In this document: positions 27,509 through 42,450 of the stretch, one piece after another | How positions within the stretch are numbered: the first letter of the stretch is position 1 | Layout of the letters: the number at the start of each line of letters is the position of its first letter | From: Eledone cirrhosa | Lineage: Eukaryota | Assembly (NCBI GenBank): GCA_964016885.1 | Contig: OZ024740.1 | Location: 413,416,001-413,480,000, forward strand | Length of the DNA: 64,000 nucleotides | Direction: 5' to 3' | Notes under the pieces: model-generated | What the model saw: the letters and a program-made list of their open reading frames with translations, nothing else | What the model was told of the DNA's origin: nothing | Databases searched by the model: none | Program-made: the position numbers and the translations under genes

Positions 27509-27717
27509 TGTTTCTACTTTTAGGGACAAGGCCAGCAATAACCCAGTATATTACTGGTACTTTATTTTATCGACCCCGTAAGAATGAAAGGCAAAGTCAA
27601 CCTCGGCGGGACTTGAACTCCATCGTAAAGGGACGTAACAAAGCTGGAAAGCATGGCGTCCGATCCTCTAACGATACTGCCAATCCACCACCTACCGATA
27701 CTGCCAATCCACCGCCT
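27509..27717 (-). mobile_element. SINE copy 13 (A2 body, A1-type right flank)
   Basis: Same insert; CAGTATATTAC variant. Confidence 0.9.
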
Positions 27718-28281
27718 TGTTACTCTATATTATCAGTAAGTCATACAACTTCAGTCTTACTCTATATTATCAGTAAGTGAAACAACTTCAGTAATACTCT
27801 ATATTATCAGTAAGTGAAACAACTTCAGACTTACTCTTATAATATCAGTAAGTGAAACAACTTCAGTCTTGCTTTATATCAGTAAGTGAAACAACTTCAG
27901 CCTTACTCTATAATATCACTAAGTGAAACAACTTCAGCCTTACTCTATATTATCAGTAAGTGAAACAACTTCAGTCTTGCTTTATATCAGTAAGTGAAAC
28001 AACTTCAGCCTTACTCCATATTATCAGTAAGTGAAACAACTTCAGTCTTACTCTATTTTATCAGTAAGTCAAACAATTTCAGTCTTACTCTATATTATCA
28101 GTAAGTGAAACAACTTCAGTCTTACTCTATATTATCAGTAAGTGAAACAACTTCAGTCTTACTCCGTATTATCAGTAAGTGAAACAACTTCAGTCTTACT
28201 TTATATTATCAGTAAGTGAAACAACTTCAGTGTTACTCTATAATATCAGTAAGTGAAACGGCATCAGTGTTAAATTATATT

Positions 28282-28490
28282 TGTTTCTACATTTAGGCAC
28301 AAGGCCAGCAATAACCCAGTACATTACTGGTACTATATTTTATCGACCCCGTAAGAATGAAAGGCAAAGTCAACCTCGGTGGGACTTGAACTCCATCGTA
28401 AAGGGACGTAACAATGCTGGAAAGCATGGCGTCTGATCCTCTAACGATACTGCCAATCCACCACCTACCGATACTGCCAATCCACCGCAT
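28282..28490 (-). mobile_element. SINE copy 14 (B1)
   Basis: B diagnostics; left TSD TGTTAAATTATATT. Confidence 0.9.
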
Positions 28491-29799
28491 TGTTACTCTA
28501 TATTATCAGTAAGTCATACAACTTCAGTCTTACTCTATATTATCAGTAAGTGAAACAACTTCAGTCTTACTTAATATTATCACAAAGTGAAACAACTTCA
28601 GTCTTACTCTATAATATCAGTAGGTGAAACAGCTTCAGCGTTACTCTATATTATCAGTAAGTGAAACAACTTCAGTCTTACTCTATATTATCATTAAGTG
28701 AAACAGCATCAGTCTTACTCTGTATTATCAGTAAGTGAAACAACTTCAGTCTTACTCTATATTATCATTAAGTGAAACAACTTCAGTCTTACTTTATATT
28801 ATCAGTAAGTGAAACAAATTCAGCCTTACTCTATATAATTAGAAAGTGAAACAACTTCAGTCTTACTCTATTTTATCAGTAAGTGAAGCAACTTCAGTCT
28901 TACTCTATATTATCAGTAAGTGAAACAAATTCAGTCTTACTCTATAATATCAGTAAGTGAAACAACTTCAGTCTTACTCTATAATATCAGTAAGTGATAC
29001 AATTTCAGTCTTACTCTATAATAACAGTAAGTGAAACAACTTCATGTTTACTCTATAATATCAGTGAGTGAAACAACTTCAGTCTTACTCTATAATATCA
29101 GTAAGTGAAACAACTTCAGTCTTACTCTATAATATCAGTAAGTGATACAATTTCAGTCTTACTCTATAATAACAGTAAGTGAAACAACTTCATGTTTACT
29201 CTATAATATCAGTAAGTGAAACAACTTCAGTCTTACTCTATATTATCAGTAAGTGAAACAACTTCATGTTTACTCTATAATATCATTAAGTGAAACAACT
29301 TCGGTCTTACTCTATATTATCAGTAAGTGAAACTACTTCAGTCTTACTCTATATTATCAGTAAGTGAAACTACTTCAGTCTTACTCTATATTAACAGTAA
29401 ATGAAACAACTTCAGTCTTACTCTATAATATCAGTGAGTGAAACAACTTCAGTCTTACTCTATAATATCAGTGAGTGAAACGACTTCCGTCTTACTCTAT
29501 ATTATCAGTAAGTGAAACAACTTCAGTCTTACTCTGTAATATCAGAAAGTGAAACAACTTCAGGCATACTCTATAATATCAGTAAGTGAAACAGCTTCAG
29601 TGTTACTCTATATTATCAGAAAGTGAAACAACTTCAGTCATACTCTATAATATCAGAAAGTGAAACAGCTTCAGTGTTACTCTATATTATCAGTAAGTGA
29701 AACAACTTCAGACTTACTCTATATTATCAGTAAGTGAAACAACTTCAGTCTTACTCTGTAATATCAGTAAGTGAAACAGCATCAGTGTTACTCTATATT

Positions 29800-30008
29800 T
29801 GTTTCTACTTTTAGGCACAAGGCCAGCAATAACCCAGTACATTACTGGTACTTTATTTTATCGACCCCGTAAGAATGAAAGGCAAAGTCAACCTCGGCGG
29901 GACTTGAACTCCATCGTAAAGGGACGTAACAAAGCTGGAAAGCATGGCGTCCGATCCTGTAACGATACTGTCAATCCACCACCTACCTATACTGCCAATC
30001 CACCGCCT
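29800..30008 (-). mobile_element. SINE copy 15 (A1)
   Basis: Same insert; A1 marks. Confidence 0.9.
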
Positions 30009-30983
30009 TGTTACTCTATATTATCAGTAAGTCATACAACTTCAGTCTTACTCTATATTATCAGTAAGTGAAACAACTTCAGTAATACTCTATATTATCA
30101 GTAAGTGAAACAACTTCAGACTTACTCTTATAATATCAGTAAGTGAAACAACTTCAGTCTTGCTTTATATCAGTAAGTGAAACAACTTCAGCCTTACTCT
30201 ATAATATCACTAAGTGAAACAACTTCAGCCTTACTCTATATAATTAGAAAGTGAAACAACTTCAGTCTTACTCTATTTTATCAGTAAGTGAAGCAACTTC
30301 AGTCTTACTCTATATTATCAGTAAGTGAAACAAATTCAGTCTTACTCTATAATATCAGTAAGTGAAACAACTTCAGTCTTACTCTATATTATCAGTAAGT
30401 GAAACAAATTCAGTCTTACTCTATTTTATCAGTAAGTGAAGCAACTTCAGTCTTACTCTGTATTATCAGTAGGTGAAACAACTTCAGTCTTACTCTATAT
30501 TATTATTAAGTGAAACAACTTCAGTCTTACTCTAAATTATCATTAAGTGAAACAACTTCAGTCTTACTTTATATTATCAGTAAGTGAAACAACTTCAGCC
30601 TTACTCTATATAATTAGAAAGTGAAACAACTTCAGTCTTACTCTATTTTATCAGTAAGGGAAGCAACTTCAGTGTTACTCTATATTATCAGTAAGTGAAA
30701 CAAATTCAGTGTTACTCTATATTATCAGTAAGTGAAACGACTTCCGTCTTACTCTATATTATCAGTAAGTGAAACAACTTCAGTGTTACTCTTATATTAT
30801 CAGTAAGTGAAACAACTTCAGTGTTACTCTATATTATCAGTAAGTGAAACAACTTCAGTGTTACTCTATATTATCAGTAAGTGAAACAACTTCAGACTTA
30901 CTCTATATTATCAGTAAGTGAAACAACTTCAGTCTTACTCTGTAATATCAGTAAGTGAAACAGCATCAGTGTTACTCTATATT

Positions 30984-31192
30984 TGTTTCTACTTTTAGGG
31001 ACAAGGCCAGCAATAACCCAGTATATTACTGGTACTTTATTTTATCGACCCCGTAAGAATGAAAGGCAAAGTCAACCTCGGCGGGACTTGAACTCCATCG
31101 TAAAGGGACGTAACAAAGCTGGAAAGCATGGCGTCCGATCCTCTAACGATACTGCCAATCCACCACCTACCGATACTGCCAATCCACCGCCT
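30984..31192 (-). mobile_element. SINE copy 16 (A2 body, A1-type right flank)
   Basis: Matches copy 13. Confidence 0.9.
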
Positions 31193-33535
31193 TGTTACTC
31201 TATATTATCAGTAAGTCATACAACTTCAGTCTTACTCTATATTATCAGTAAGTGAAACAACTTCAGTAATACTCTATATTATCAGTAAGTGAAACAACTT
31301 CAGACTTACTCTTATAATATCAGTAAGTGAAACAACTTCAGTCTTGCTTTATATCAGTAAGTGAAACAACTTCAGCCTTACTCTATAATATCACTAAGTG
31401 AAACAACTTCAGCCTTACTCTATATTATCAGTAAGTGAAACAACTTCAGTCTTGCTTTATATCAGTAAGTGAAACAACTTCAGCCTTACTCCATATTATC
31501 AGTAAGTGAAACAACTTCAGTCTTACTCTATTTTATCAGTAAGTCAAACAATTTCAGTCTTACTCTATATTATCAGTAAGTGAAACAACTTCAGTCTTAC
31601 TCTATAATATCTGTAAGTGAAACAAATTCAGTCTTACTCTATATTATCAGTAAGTGAAACAACTTCAGTGTTACTCTTATATTATCAGTAAGTGAAACAA
31701 TTTCAGTCTTACTCTATATTATCAGTAAGTGAAACAACTTCAGTCTTACTTAATATTATCACAAAGTGAAACAACTTCAGTCATACTCTATAATATCAGT
31801 AGGTGAAACAGCTTCAGTGTTACTCTATATTATCAGTAAGTGAAACAACTTCAGTCTTACTCTATATTATCATTAAGTGAAACAGCATCAGTCTTACTCT
31901 GTATTATCAGTAGGTGAAACAACTTCAGTCTTACTCTATATTATCATTAAGTGAAACAACTTCAGTCTTACTCTATATTATCATTAAGTGAAACAACTTC
32001 AGTCTTACTTTATATTATCAGTAAGTGAAACAACTTCAGCCTTACTCTATATAATTAGAAAGTGAAACAACTTCAGTCTTACTCTATTTTATCAGTAAGT
32101 GAAGCAACTTCAGTCTTACTCTATATTATCAGTAAGTGAAACAAATTCAGTCTTACTCTATAATATCAGTAAGTGAAACAACTTCAGTCTTACTCTATAT
32201 TATCAGTAAGAGAAACAACTTCAGTGTTATTCTATTTTATCAGTAAGTGAAACAACATCAGTGTTACTCTATATTATCAGTAAGTGAAACATCTTCAGTC
32301 TTACTCTATTTTATCAGTAAGTCAAACAACTTCAGTCTTAATCTACATTATCAGGAAGTGAAACAATTTCAGTGTTACTCTATATAATCAGTAAGTGAAA
32401 CAACTTCAGTCTTACTCTATAATATCTGTAAGTGGAACAACTTCAGTCTTACTCTATATTATCAGTAAGTGAAACAAACTTCAGTGTTACTCTTATATTA
32501 TCAGTAAGTGAAACAATTTCAGTCTTACTCTATATTATCAGTAAGTGAAACAACTTCAGTCTTACTTAATATTATCACAAAGTGAAACAACTTCAGTCAT
32601 ACTCTATAATATCAGTAGGTGAAACAGCTTCAGTGTTACTCTATATTATCAGTAAGTGAAACAACTTCAGTCTTACTCTATATTATCATTAAGTGAAACA
32701 GAATCAGTCTTACTCTGTATTATCAGTAGGTGAAACAACTTCAGTCTTACTCTATATTATCATTAAGTGAAACAACTTCAGTCTTACTCTATATTATCAT
32801 TAAGTGAAACAACTTCAGTCTTACTTTATATTATCAGTATGTGAAACAACTTCAGCCTTACTCTATATAATTAGAAAGTGAAACAACTTCAGTCTTACTC
32901 TATTTTATCAGTAAGTGAAGCAACTTCAATCTTACTCTATATTATCAGTAAGTGAAACAAATTCAGTCTTACTCTATAATATCAGTAAGTGAAACAACTT
33001 CAGTCTTACTCTATATTATCAGTAAGTGAAACAAATTCAGTCTTACTCTATAATATCAGTAAGTGACACAACTTCATGTTTACTCTATAATATCAGTAAG
33101 TGAAACAACTTCAGTCTCACTCTATATTATCAGTAAGTGAAACAACTTCAGTCTTACTCAATATTATCAGTACGTGTAACAACTTCAGCCTAACTCTATA
33201 TTATCAGTAAGTGAAACGACTTCCGTCTTACTCTATATTATCAGTAAGTGAAACAACTTCAGTCTTACTCTGTAATATCAGAAAGTGAAACAACTTCAGG
33301 CATACTCTATAATATCAGTAAGTGAAACAGCTTCAGTGTTACTCTATATTATCAGAAAGTGAAACAACTTCAGTCATACTCTATAATATCAGAAAGTGAA
33401 ACAGCTTCAGTGTTACTCTATATTATCAGTAAGTGAAACAACTTCAGACTTACTCTATATTATCAGTAAGTGAAACAACTTCAGTCTTACTCTGTAATAT
33501 CAGTAAGTGAAACAGCATCAGTGTTATTTTATATT

Positions 33536-33744
33536 TGTTTCTACTTTTAGGCACAAGGCCAGCAATAACCCAGTACATTACTGGTACTTTATTTTATCGA
33601 CCCCGTAAGAATGAAAGGCAAAGTCAACCTCGGCGGGACTTGAACTCCATCGTAAAGGGACGTAACAAAGCTGGAAAGCATGGCGACCGATCCTCTAACG
33701 ATACTGCCAATCCACCACCTACCGATACTGCCAATCCACCGCCT
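33536..33744 (-). mobile_element. SINE copy 17 (A2)
   Basis: GGCGACCGA variant; left TSD TGTTATTTTATATT. Confidence 0.9.
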
Positions 33745-35907
33745 TGTTACTCTATATTATCAGTAAGTCATACAACTTCAGTCTCACTGTATATTATCAG
33801 TAAGTGAAACAACTTCAGTGTTACTCTCTATTATCAGTAAGTGAAACAACTTCAGTCTTAGTCTATATTATCAGTAAGTGAAACAACTTCAGTGTTACTC
33901 TATATTATCAGTAAGTGAAACAACTTCAGTCTTACTCTATATTATCAGTAAGTGAAACAACTTCAGTGTTACTCTTATATTATCAGTAAGTGAAACAACT
34001 TCAGTCTTAGTCTATATTATCAGTAGGTGAAACAACTTCAGTGTTACTCTTATATTATCAGTAAGTGAAACAACTGCAGTCTTAGTCTATATTATCAGTA
34101 GGTGAAACAACTTCAGTCTTACTCTATAATATCAGTAAGTGAAACAACTTCTGTCATACTCTATAATATCAGTAAGTGAAACAACTTCAGTCTTACTCTA
34201 TATTATCAGTAAGAGAAACAACTTCAGTGTTATTCTATTTTATCAGTAAGTGAAACAACATCAGTGTTACACTATATTATCAGTAAGTGAAACAACTTCA
34301 GTCTTACTCTATTTTATCAGTAAGTCAAACAACTTCAGTCTTAATCTATATTATCAGGAAGTGAAACAATTTCAGTGTTACTCTATATAATCAGTAAGTG
34401 AAACAACTTCAGTCTTACTCTATAATATCTGTAAGTGAAACAACTTCAGTCTTACTCTATATTATCAGTAAGTGAAACAACTTCAGTGCTACTCTTATAT
34501 TATCAGTAAGTGAAACAATTTCAGTCTTACTCTATATTATCAGTAAGTGAAACAACTTCAGTCTTACTTAATATTATCACAAAGTGAAACAACTTCAGTC
34601 ATACTCTATAATATCAGTAGGTGAAACAGCTTCAGTGTTACTCTATATTATCAGTAAGTGAAACAACTTCAGTCTTACTCTATATTATCATTAAGTGAAA
34701 CAACTTCAGTCTTACTCTATATTATCATTAAGTGAAACAACTTCATTCTTACTTTATATTATCAGTAAGTGAAACAACTTCAGCCTTACTCTATATAATT
34801 AGAAAGTGAAACAAATTCAGTCTTACTCTATTTTATCAGTAAGTGAAGCAACTTCAGTCTTACTCTATATTATCAGTAATTGAAACAAATTCAGTCTTAC
34901 TCTATAATATCAGTAAGTGAAACAACTTCAGTCTTACTCTATATTATCAGTAAGTGAAACAAATTCAGTCTTACTCTATATTATCAGTAAGTGAAACAAC
35001 TTCAGTCTTACTCTATAATATCAGTAAGTGACACAACTTCAGTCTTACTCTATAATAACAGTAAGTGAAACAACTTCATGTTTACTCTATAATATCAGTG
35101 AGTGAAACAACTTCAGTCTTACTCTATAATATCAGTAAGTGAAACAACTTCAGTCTTACTCTATAATATCAGTAAGTGATACAATTTCAGTCTTACTCTA
35201 TAATAACAGTAAGTGAAACAACTTCATGTTTACTCTATAATATCAGTAAGTGAAATAACTTCATGTTTACTCTATAATATCAGTAAGTGAAACAACTTCA
35301 GTCATACTCTATAATATCAGTAAGTGAAACAACTTCATTCTTACTCTATAATATCAGTAAGTGAAACAACTTCAGTCATACTCTATAATATCAGTAAGTG
35401 ATACAACTTCAGTCTTACTCTATAATATCAGAAAGTGAAACAACTTCAGTCTTACTCTATAATATCAGTAAGTGAACCAACTTCCGTCTTACTCCATAAT
35501 ATCAGTAAGTGAAACAACTTCAGTCTTACTTTATATTATCAGTAAGTGAAACAACTTCAGTGTTACTCTATATTATCAGTAAGTGAAAATACTTCAGTCT
35601 TACTCTATATTATCAGTAAGTGAAACAACTTCAGTCTTACTCTGTATTATCAGTAAGTGAAACAACTTCAGTCTTACTTTATATTATCAGTAAGTGAAAC
35701 AACTTCAGTGTTACTTTATATTATCAGTAAGTGAAACAACTTCAGTCTTACTCTATATTATCAGTAAGTGAAACAACTTCAGTCTTACTCCGTATTATCA
35801 GTAAGTGAAACAACTTCAGTCTTACTTTATATTATCAGTAAGTGAAACAACTTCAGTGTTACTCTATAATATCAGTAAGTGAAACGGCATCAGTGTTACA
35901 TTATATT

Positions 35908-36116
35908 TGTTTCTACATTTAGGCACAAGGCCAGCAATAACCCAGTACATTACTGGTACTATATTTTATCGACCCCGTAAGAATGAAAGGCAAAGTCAAC
36001 CTCGGTGGGACTTGAACTCCATCGTAAAGTGACGTAACAATGCTGGAAAGCATGGCGTCCGATCCTCTAACGATACTGCCAATCCACCACCTACCGATAC
36101 TGCCAATCCACCGCAT
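35908..36116 (-). mobile_element. SINE copy 18 (B2)
   Basis: B diagnostics plus AAAGTGACG. Confidence 0.9.
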
Positions 36117-37982
36117 TGTTGCTCTATATTATCAGTAAGTCATACAACTTCAGTCTTACTCTATATTATCAGTAAGTGAAACAACTTCAGTCTTACTTAA
36201 TATTATCACAAAGTGAAACAACTTCAGTCATACTCTATAATATCAGTAGGTGAAACAGCTTCAGTGTTACTCTATATTATCAGTAAGTGAAACAACTTCA
36301 GTCTTACTCTATATTATCATTAAGTGAAACAGCATCAGTCTTACTCTGTATTATCAGTAGGTGAAACAACTTCAGTCTTACTCTATATTATCATTAAGTG
36401 AAACAACTTCAGTCTTACTCTATATTATCATTAAGTGAAACAACTTCAGTCTTACTTTATATTATCAGTAAGTGAAACAACTTCAGCCTTACTCTATATA
36501 ATTAGAAAGTGAAACAACTTCAGTCTTACTCTATTTTATCAGTAAGTGAAGCAACTTCAGTCTTACTCTATATTATCAGTAAGTGAAACAAATTCAGTCT
36601 TACTCTATAATATCAGTAAGTGAAACAACTTCAGTCTTACTCTATATTATCAGTAAGAGAAACAACTTCAGTGTTATTCTATTTTATCAGTAAGTGAAAC
36701 AACATCAGTGTTACTCTATATTATCAGTAAGTGAAACAACTTCAGTCTTACTCTATTTTATCAGTAAGTCAAACAACTTCAGTCTTAATCTACATTATCA
36801 GGAAGTGAAACAATTTCAGTGTTACTCTATATAATCAGTAAGTGAAACAACTTCAGTCTTACTCTATAATATCTGTAAGTGGAACAACTTCAGTCTTACT
36901 CTATATTATCAGTAAGTGAAACAAACTTCAGTGTTACTCTTATATTATCAGTAAGTGAAACAATTTCAGTCTTACTCTATATTATCAGTAAGTGAAACAA
37001 CTTCAGTCTTACTTAATATTATCACAAAGTGAAACAACTTCAGTCATACTCTATAATATCAGTAGGTGAAACAGCTTCAGTGTTACTCTATATTATCAGT
37101 AAGTGAAACAACTTCAGTCTTACTCTATATTATCATTAAGTGAAACAGAATCAGTCTTACTCTGTATTATCAGTAGGTGAAACAACTTCAGTCTTACTCT
37201 ATATTATCATTAAGTGAAACAACTTCAGTCTTACTCTATATTATCATTAAGTGAAACAACTTCAGTCTTACTTTATATTATCAGTATGTGAAACAACTTC
37301 AGCCTTACTCTATATAATTAGAAAGTGAAACAACTTCAGTCTTACTCTATTTTATCAGTAAGTGAAGCAACTTCAATCTTACTCTATATTATCAGTAAGT
37401 GAAACAAATTCAGTCTTACTCTATAATATCAGTAAGTGAAACAACTTCAGTCTTACTCTATATTATCAGTAAGTGAAACAAATTCAGTCTTACTCTATAA
37501 TATCAGTAAGTGACACAACTTCATGTTTACTCTATAATATCAGTAAGTGAAACAACTTCAGTCTCACTCTATATTATCAGTAAGTGAAACAACTTCAGTC
37601 TTACTCAATATTATCAGTACGTGTAACAACTTCAGCCTAACTCTATATTATCAGTAAGTGAAACGACTTCCGTCTTACTCTATATTATCAGTAAGTGAAA
37701 CAACTTCAGTCTTACTCTGTAATATCAGAAAGTGAAACAACTTCAGGCATACTCTATAATATCAGTAAGTGAAACAGCTTCAGTGTTACTCTATATTATC
37801 AGAAAGTGAAACAACTTCAGTCATACTCTATAATATCAGAAAGTGAAACAGCTTCAGTGTTACTCTATATTATCAGTAAGTGAAACAACTTCAGACTTAC
37901 TCTATATTATCAGTAAGTGAAACAACTTCAGTCTTACTCTGTAATATCAGTAAGTGAAACAGCATCAGTGTTATTTTATATT

Positions 37983-38191
37983 TGTTTCTACTTTTAGGCA
38001 CAAGGCCAGCAATAACCCAGTACATTACTGGTACTTTATTTTATCGACCCCGTAAGAATGAAAGGCAAAGTCAACCTCGGCGGGACTTGAACTCCATCGT
38101 AAAGGGACGTAACAAAGCTGGAAAGCATGGCGACCGATCCTCTAACGATACTGCCAATCCACCACCTACCGATACTGCCAATCCACCGCCT
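37983..38191 (-). mobile_element. SINE copy 19 (A2)
   Basis: Matches copy 17. Confidence 0.9.
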
Positions 38192-40354
38192 TGTTACTCT
38201 ATATTATCAGTAAGTCATACAACTTCAGTCTCACTGTATATTATCAGTAAGTGAAACAACTTCAGTGTTACTCTCTATTATCAGTAAGTGAAACAACTTC
38301 AGTCTTAGTCTATATTATCAGTAAGTGAAACAACTTCAGTGTTACTCTATATTATCAGTAAGTGAAACAACTTCAGTCTTACTCTATATTATCAGTAAGT
38401 GAAACAACTTCAGTGTTACTCTTATATTATCAGTAAGTGAAACAACTTCAGTCTTAGTCTATATTATCAGTAGGTGAAACAACTTCAGTGTTACTCTTAT
38501 ATTATCAGTAAGTGAAACAACTGCAGTCTTAGTCTATATTATCAGTAGGTGAAACAACTTCAGTCTTACTCTATAATATCAGTAAGTGAAACAACTTCTG
38601 TCATACTCTATAATATCAGTAAGTGAAACAACTTCAGTCTTACTCTATATTATCAGTAAGAGAAACAACTTCAGTGTTATTCTATTTTATCAGTAAGTGA
38701 AACAACATCAGTGTTACACTATATTATCAGTAAGTGAAACAACTTCAGTCTTACTCTATTTTATCAGTAAGTCAAACAACTTCAGTCTTAATCTATATTA
38801 TCAGGAAGTGAAACAATTTCAGTGTTACTCTATATAATCAGTAAGTGAAACAACTTCAGTCTTACTCTATAATATTTGTAAGTGAAACAACTTCAGTCTT
38901 ACTCTATATTATCAGTAAGTGAAACAACTTCAGTGCTACTCTTATATTATCAGTAAGTGAAACAATTTCAGTCTTACTCTATATTATCAGTAAGTGAAAC
39001 AACTTCAGTCTTACTTAATATTATCACAAAGTGAAACAACTTCAGTCATACTCTATAATATCAGTAGGTGAAACAGCTTCAGTGTTACTCTATATTATCA
39101 GTAAGTGAAACAACTTCAGTCTTACTCTATATTATCATTAAGTGAAACAACTTCAGTCTTACTCTATATTATCATTAAGTGAAACAACTTCATTCTTACT
39201 TTATATTATCAGTAAGTGAAACAACTTCAGCCTTACTCTATATAATTAGAAAGTGAAACAAATTCAGTCTTACTCTATTTTATCAGTAAGTGAAGCAACT
39301 TCAGTCTTACTCTATATTATCAGTAAGTGAAACAAATTCAGTCTTACTCTATAATATCAGTAAGTGAAACAACTTCAGTCTTACTCTATATTATCAGTAA
39401 GTGAAACAAATTCAGTCTTACTCTATATTATCAGTAAGTGAAACAACTTCAGTCTTACTCTATAATATCAGTAAGTGACACAACTTCAGTCTTACTCTAT
39501 AATAACAGTAAGTGAAACAACTTCATGTTTACTCTATAATATCAGTGAGTGAAACAACTTCAGTCTTACTCTATAATATCAGTAAGTGAAACAACTTCAG
39601 TCTTACTCTATAATATCAGTAAGTGATACAATTTCAGTCTTACTCTATAATAACAGTAAGTGAAACAACTTCATGTTTACTCTATAATATCAGTAAGTGA
39701 AATAACTTCATGTTTACTCTATAATATCAGTAAGTGAAACAACTTCAGTCATACTCTATAATATCAGTAAGTGAAACAACTTCATTCTTACTCTATAATA
39801 TCAGTAAGTGAAACAACTTCAGTCATACTCTATAATATCAGTAAGTGATACAACTTCAGTCTTACTCTATAATATCAGAAAGTGAAACAACTTCAGTCTT
39901 ACTCTATAATATCAGTAAGTGAACCAACTTCCGTCTTACTCCATAATATCAGTAAGTGAAACAACTTCAGTCTTACTTTATATTATCAGTAAGTGAAACA
40001 ACTTCAGTGTTACTCTATATTATCAGTAAGTGAAAATACTTCAGTCTTACTCTATATTATCAGTAAGTGAAACAACTTCAGTCTTACTCTGTATTATCAG
40101 TAAGTGAAACAACTTCAGTCTTACTTTATATTATCAGTAAGTGAAACAACTTCAGTGTTACTTTATATTATCAGTAAGTGAAACAACTTCAGTCTTACTC
40201 TATATTATCAGTAAGTGAAACAACTTCAGTCTTACTCCGTATTATCAGTAAGTGAAACAACTTCAGTCTTACTTTATATTATCAGTAAGTGAAACAACTT
40301 CAGTGTTACTCTATAATATCAGTAAGTGAAACGGCATCAGTGTTACATTATATT

Positions 40355-40563
40355 TGTTTCTACATTTAGGCACAAGGCCAGCAATAACCCAGTACATTAC
40401 TGGTACTATATTTTATCGACCCCGTAAGAATGAAAGGCAAAGTCAACCTCGGTGGGACTTGAACTCCATCGTAAAGTGACGTAACAATGCTGGAAAGCAT
40501 GGCGTCCGATCCTCTAACGATACTGCCAATCCACCACCTACCGATACTGCCAATCCACCGCAT
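40355..40563 (-). mobile_element. SINE copy 20 (B2)
   Basis: Matches copy 18. Confidence 0.9.
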
Positions 40564-42241
40564 TGTTGCTCTATATTATCAGTAAGTCATACAACTTCAG
40601 TCTTACTCTATATTATCAGTAAGTGAAACAACTTCAGTCTTACTTAATATTATCACAAAGTGAAACAACTTCAGTATTACTCTATAATATCAGTAGGTGA
40701 AACAGCTTCAGCGTTACTCTATATTATCAGTAAGTGAAACAACTTCAGTCTTACTCTATATTATCATTAAGTGAAACAGCATCAGTCTTACTCTGTATTA
40801 TCAGTAAGTGAAACAACTTCAGTCTTACTCTATATTATCATTAAGTGAAACAACTTCAGTCTTACTTTATATCAGTAAGTGAAACAACTTCAGCCTTACT
40901 CCATATTATCAGTAAGTGAAACAACTTCAGTCTTACTCTATTTTATCAGTAAGTCAAACAACTTCAGTCTTAATCTATATTATCAGGAAGTGAAACAATT
41001 TCAGTCTTACTCTATATTATCAGTAAGTGAAACAACTTCAGTCTTACTCTATAATATCTGTAAGTGAAACAAATTCAGTCTTACTCTATATTATCAGTAA
41101 GTGAAACAACTTCAGTGTTACTCTTATATTATCAGTAAGTGAAACAATTTCAGTCTTACTCTATATTATCAGTAAGTGAAACAACTTCAGTCTTACTTAA
41201 TATTATCACAAAGTGAAACAACTTCAGTCATACTCTATAATATCAGTAGGTGAAACAGCTTCAGTGTTACTCTATATTATCAGTAAGTGAAACAACTTCA
41301 GTCTTACTCTATATTATCATTAAGTGAAACAGCATCAGTCTTACTCTGTATTATCAGTAGGTGAAACAACTTCAGTCTTACTCTATATTATCATTAAGTG
41401 AAACAACTTCAGTATTACTCTATATTATCATTAAGTGAAACAACTTCAGTCTTACTTTATATTATCAGTAAGTGAAACAACTTCAGCCTTACTCAATATA
41501 ATTAGAAAGTGAAACAACTTCAGTCTTACTCTATTTTATCAGTAAGTGAAGCAACTTCAGTCTTACTCTATATTATCAGTAAGTGAAACAAATTCAGTCT
41601 TACTCTATAATATCAGTAAGTGAAACAACTTCAGTCTTACTCTATATTATCAGTAAGTGAAACAAATTCAGTCTTACTCTATTTTATCAGTAAGTGAAGC
41701 AACTTCAGTCTTACTCTGTATTATCAGTAGGTGAAACAACTTCAGTCTTACTCTATATTATCATTAAGTGAAACAACTTCAGTCTTACTCTAAATTATCA
41801 TTAAGTGAAACAACTTCAGTCTTACTTTATATTATCAGTAAGTGAAACAACTTCAGCCTTACTCTATATAATTAGAAAGTGAAACAACTTCAGTCTTACT
41901 CTATTTTATCAGTAAGTGAAGCAACTTCAGTGTTACTCTATATTATCAGTAAGTGAAACAAATTCAGTGTTACTCTATATTATCAGTAAGTGAAACGACT
42001 TCCGTCTTACTCTATATTATCAGTAAGTGAAACAACTTCAGTGTTACTCTTATATTATCAGTAAGTGAAACAACTTCAGTGTTACTCTATATTATCAGTA
42101 AGTGAAACAACTTCAGTGTTACTCTATATTATCAGTAAGTGAAACAACTTCAGACTTATTCTATATTATCAGTAAGTGAAACAACTTCAGTCTTACTCTG
42201 TAATATCAGTAAGTGAAACAGCATCAGTGTTACTCTATATT

Positions 42242-42450
42242 TGTTTCTAGTTTTAGGGACAAGGCCAGCAATAACCCAGTACATTACTGGTACTTTATTT
42301 TATCAACCCCGTAAGAATGAAAGGCAAAGTCAACCTCGGCGGGACTTGAACTCCATCGTAAAGGGACGTAACAAAGCTGGAAAGCATGGCGTCCGATCCT
42401 CTAACGATACTGCCAATCCACCACCTACCGATACTGCCAATCCACCGCCT
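42242..42450 (-). mobile_element. SINE copy 21 (A2)
   Basis: CTAGTTTTAGGGAC as in copies 5 and 7; TATCAACCCC. Confidence 0.9.

Larger units (their letters stand above)
31720..40670 (+). repeat. Near-perfect tandem duplication with a 4447-bp unit (bounds approximate)
   Basis: Offset 4447 for SINEs 33536/37983 and 35908/40355 and for AGTGGAAC at 32431/36878. Private ACAAACTTC, ACAGAATC and TGAAAATAC occur in both copies. Confidence 0.92.
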
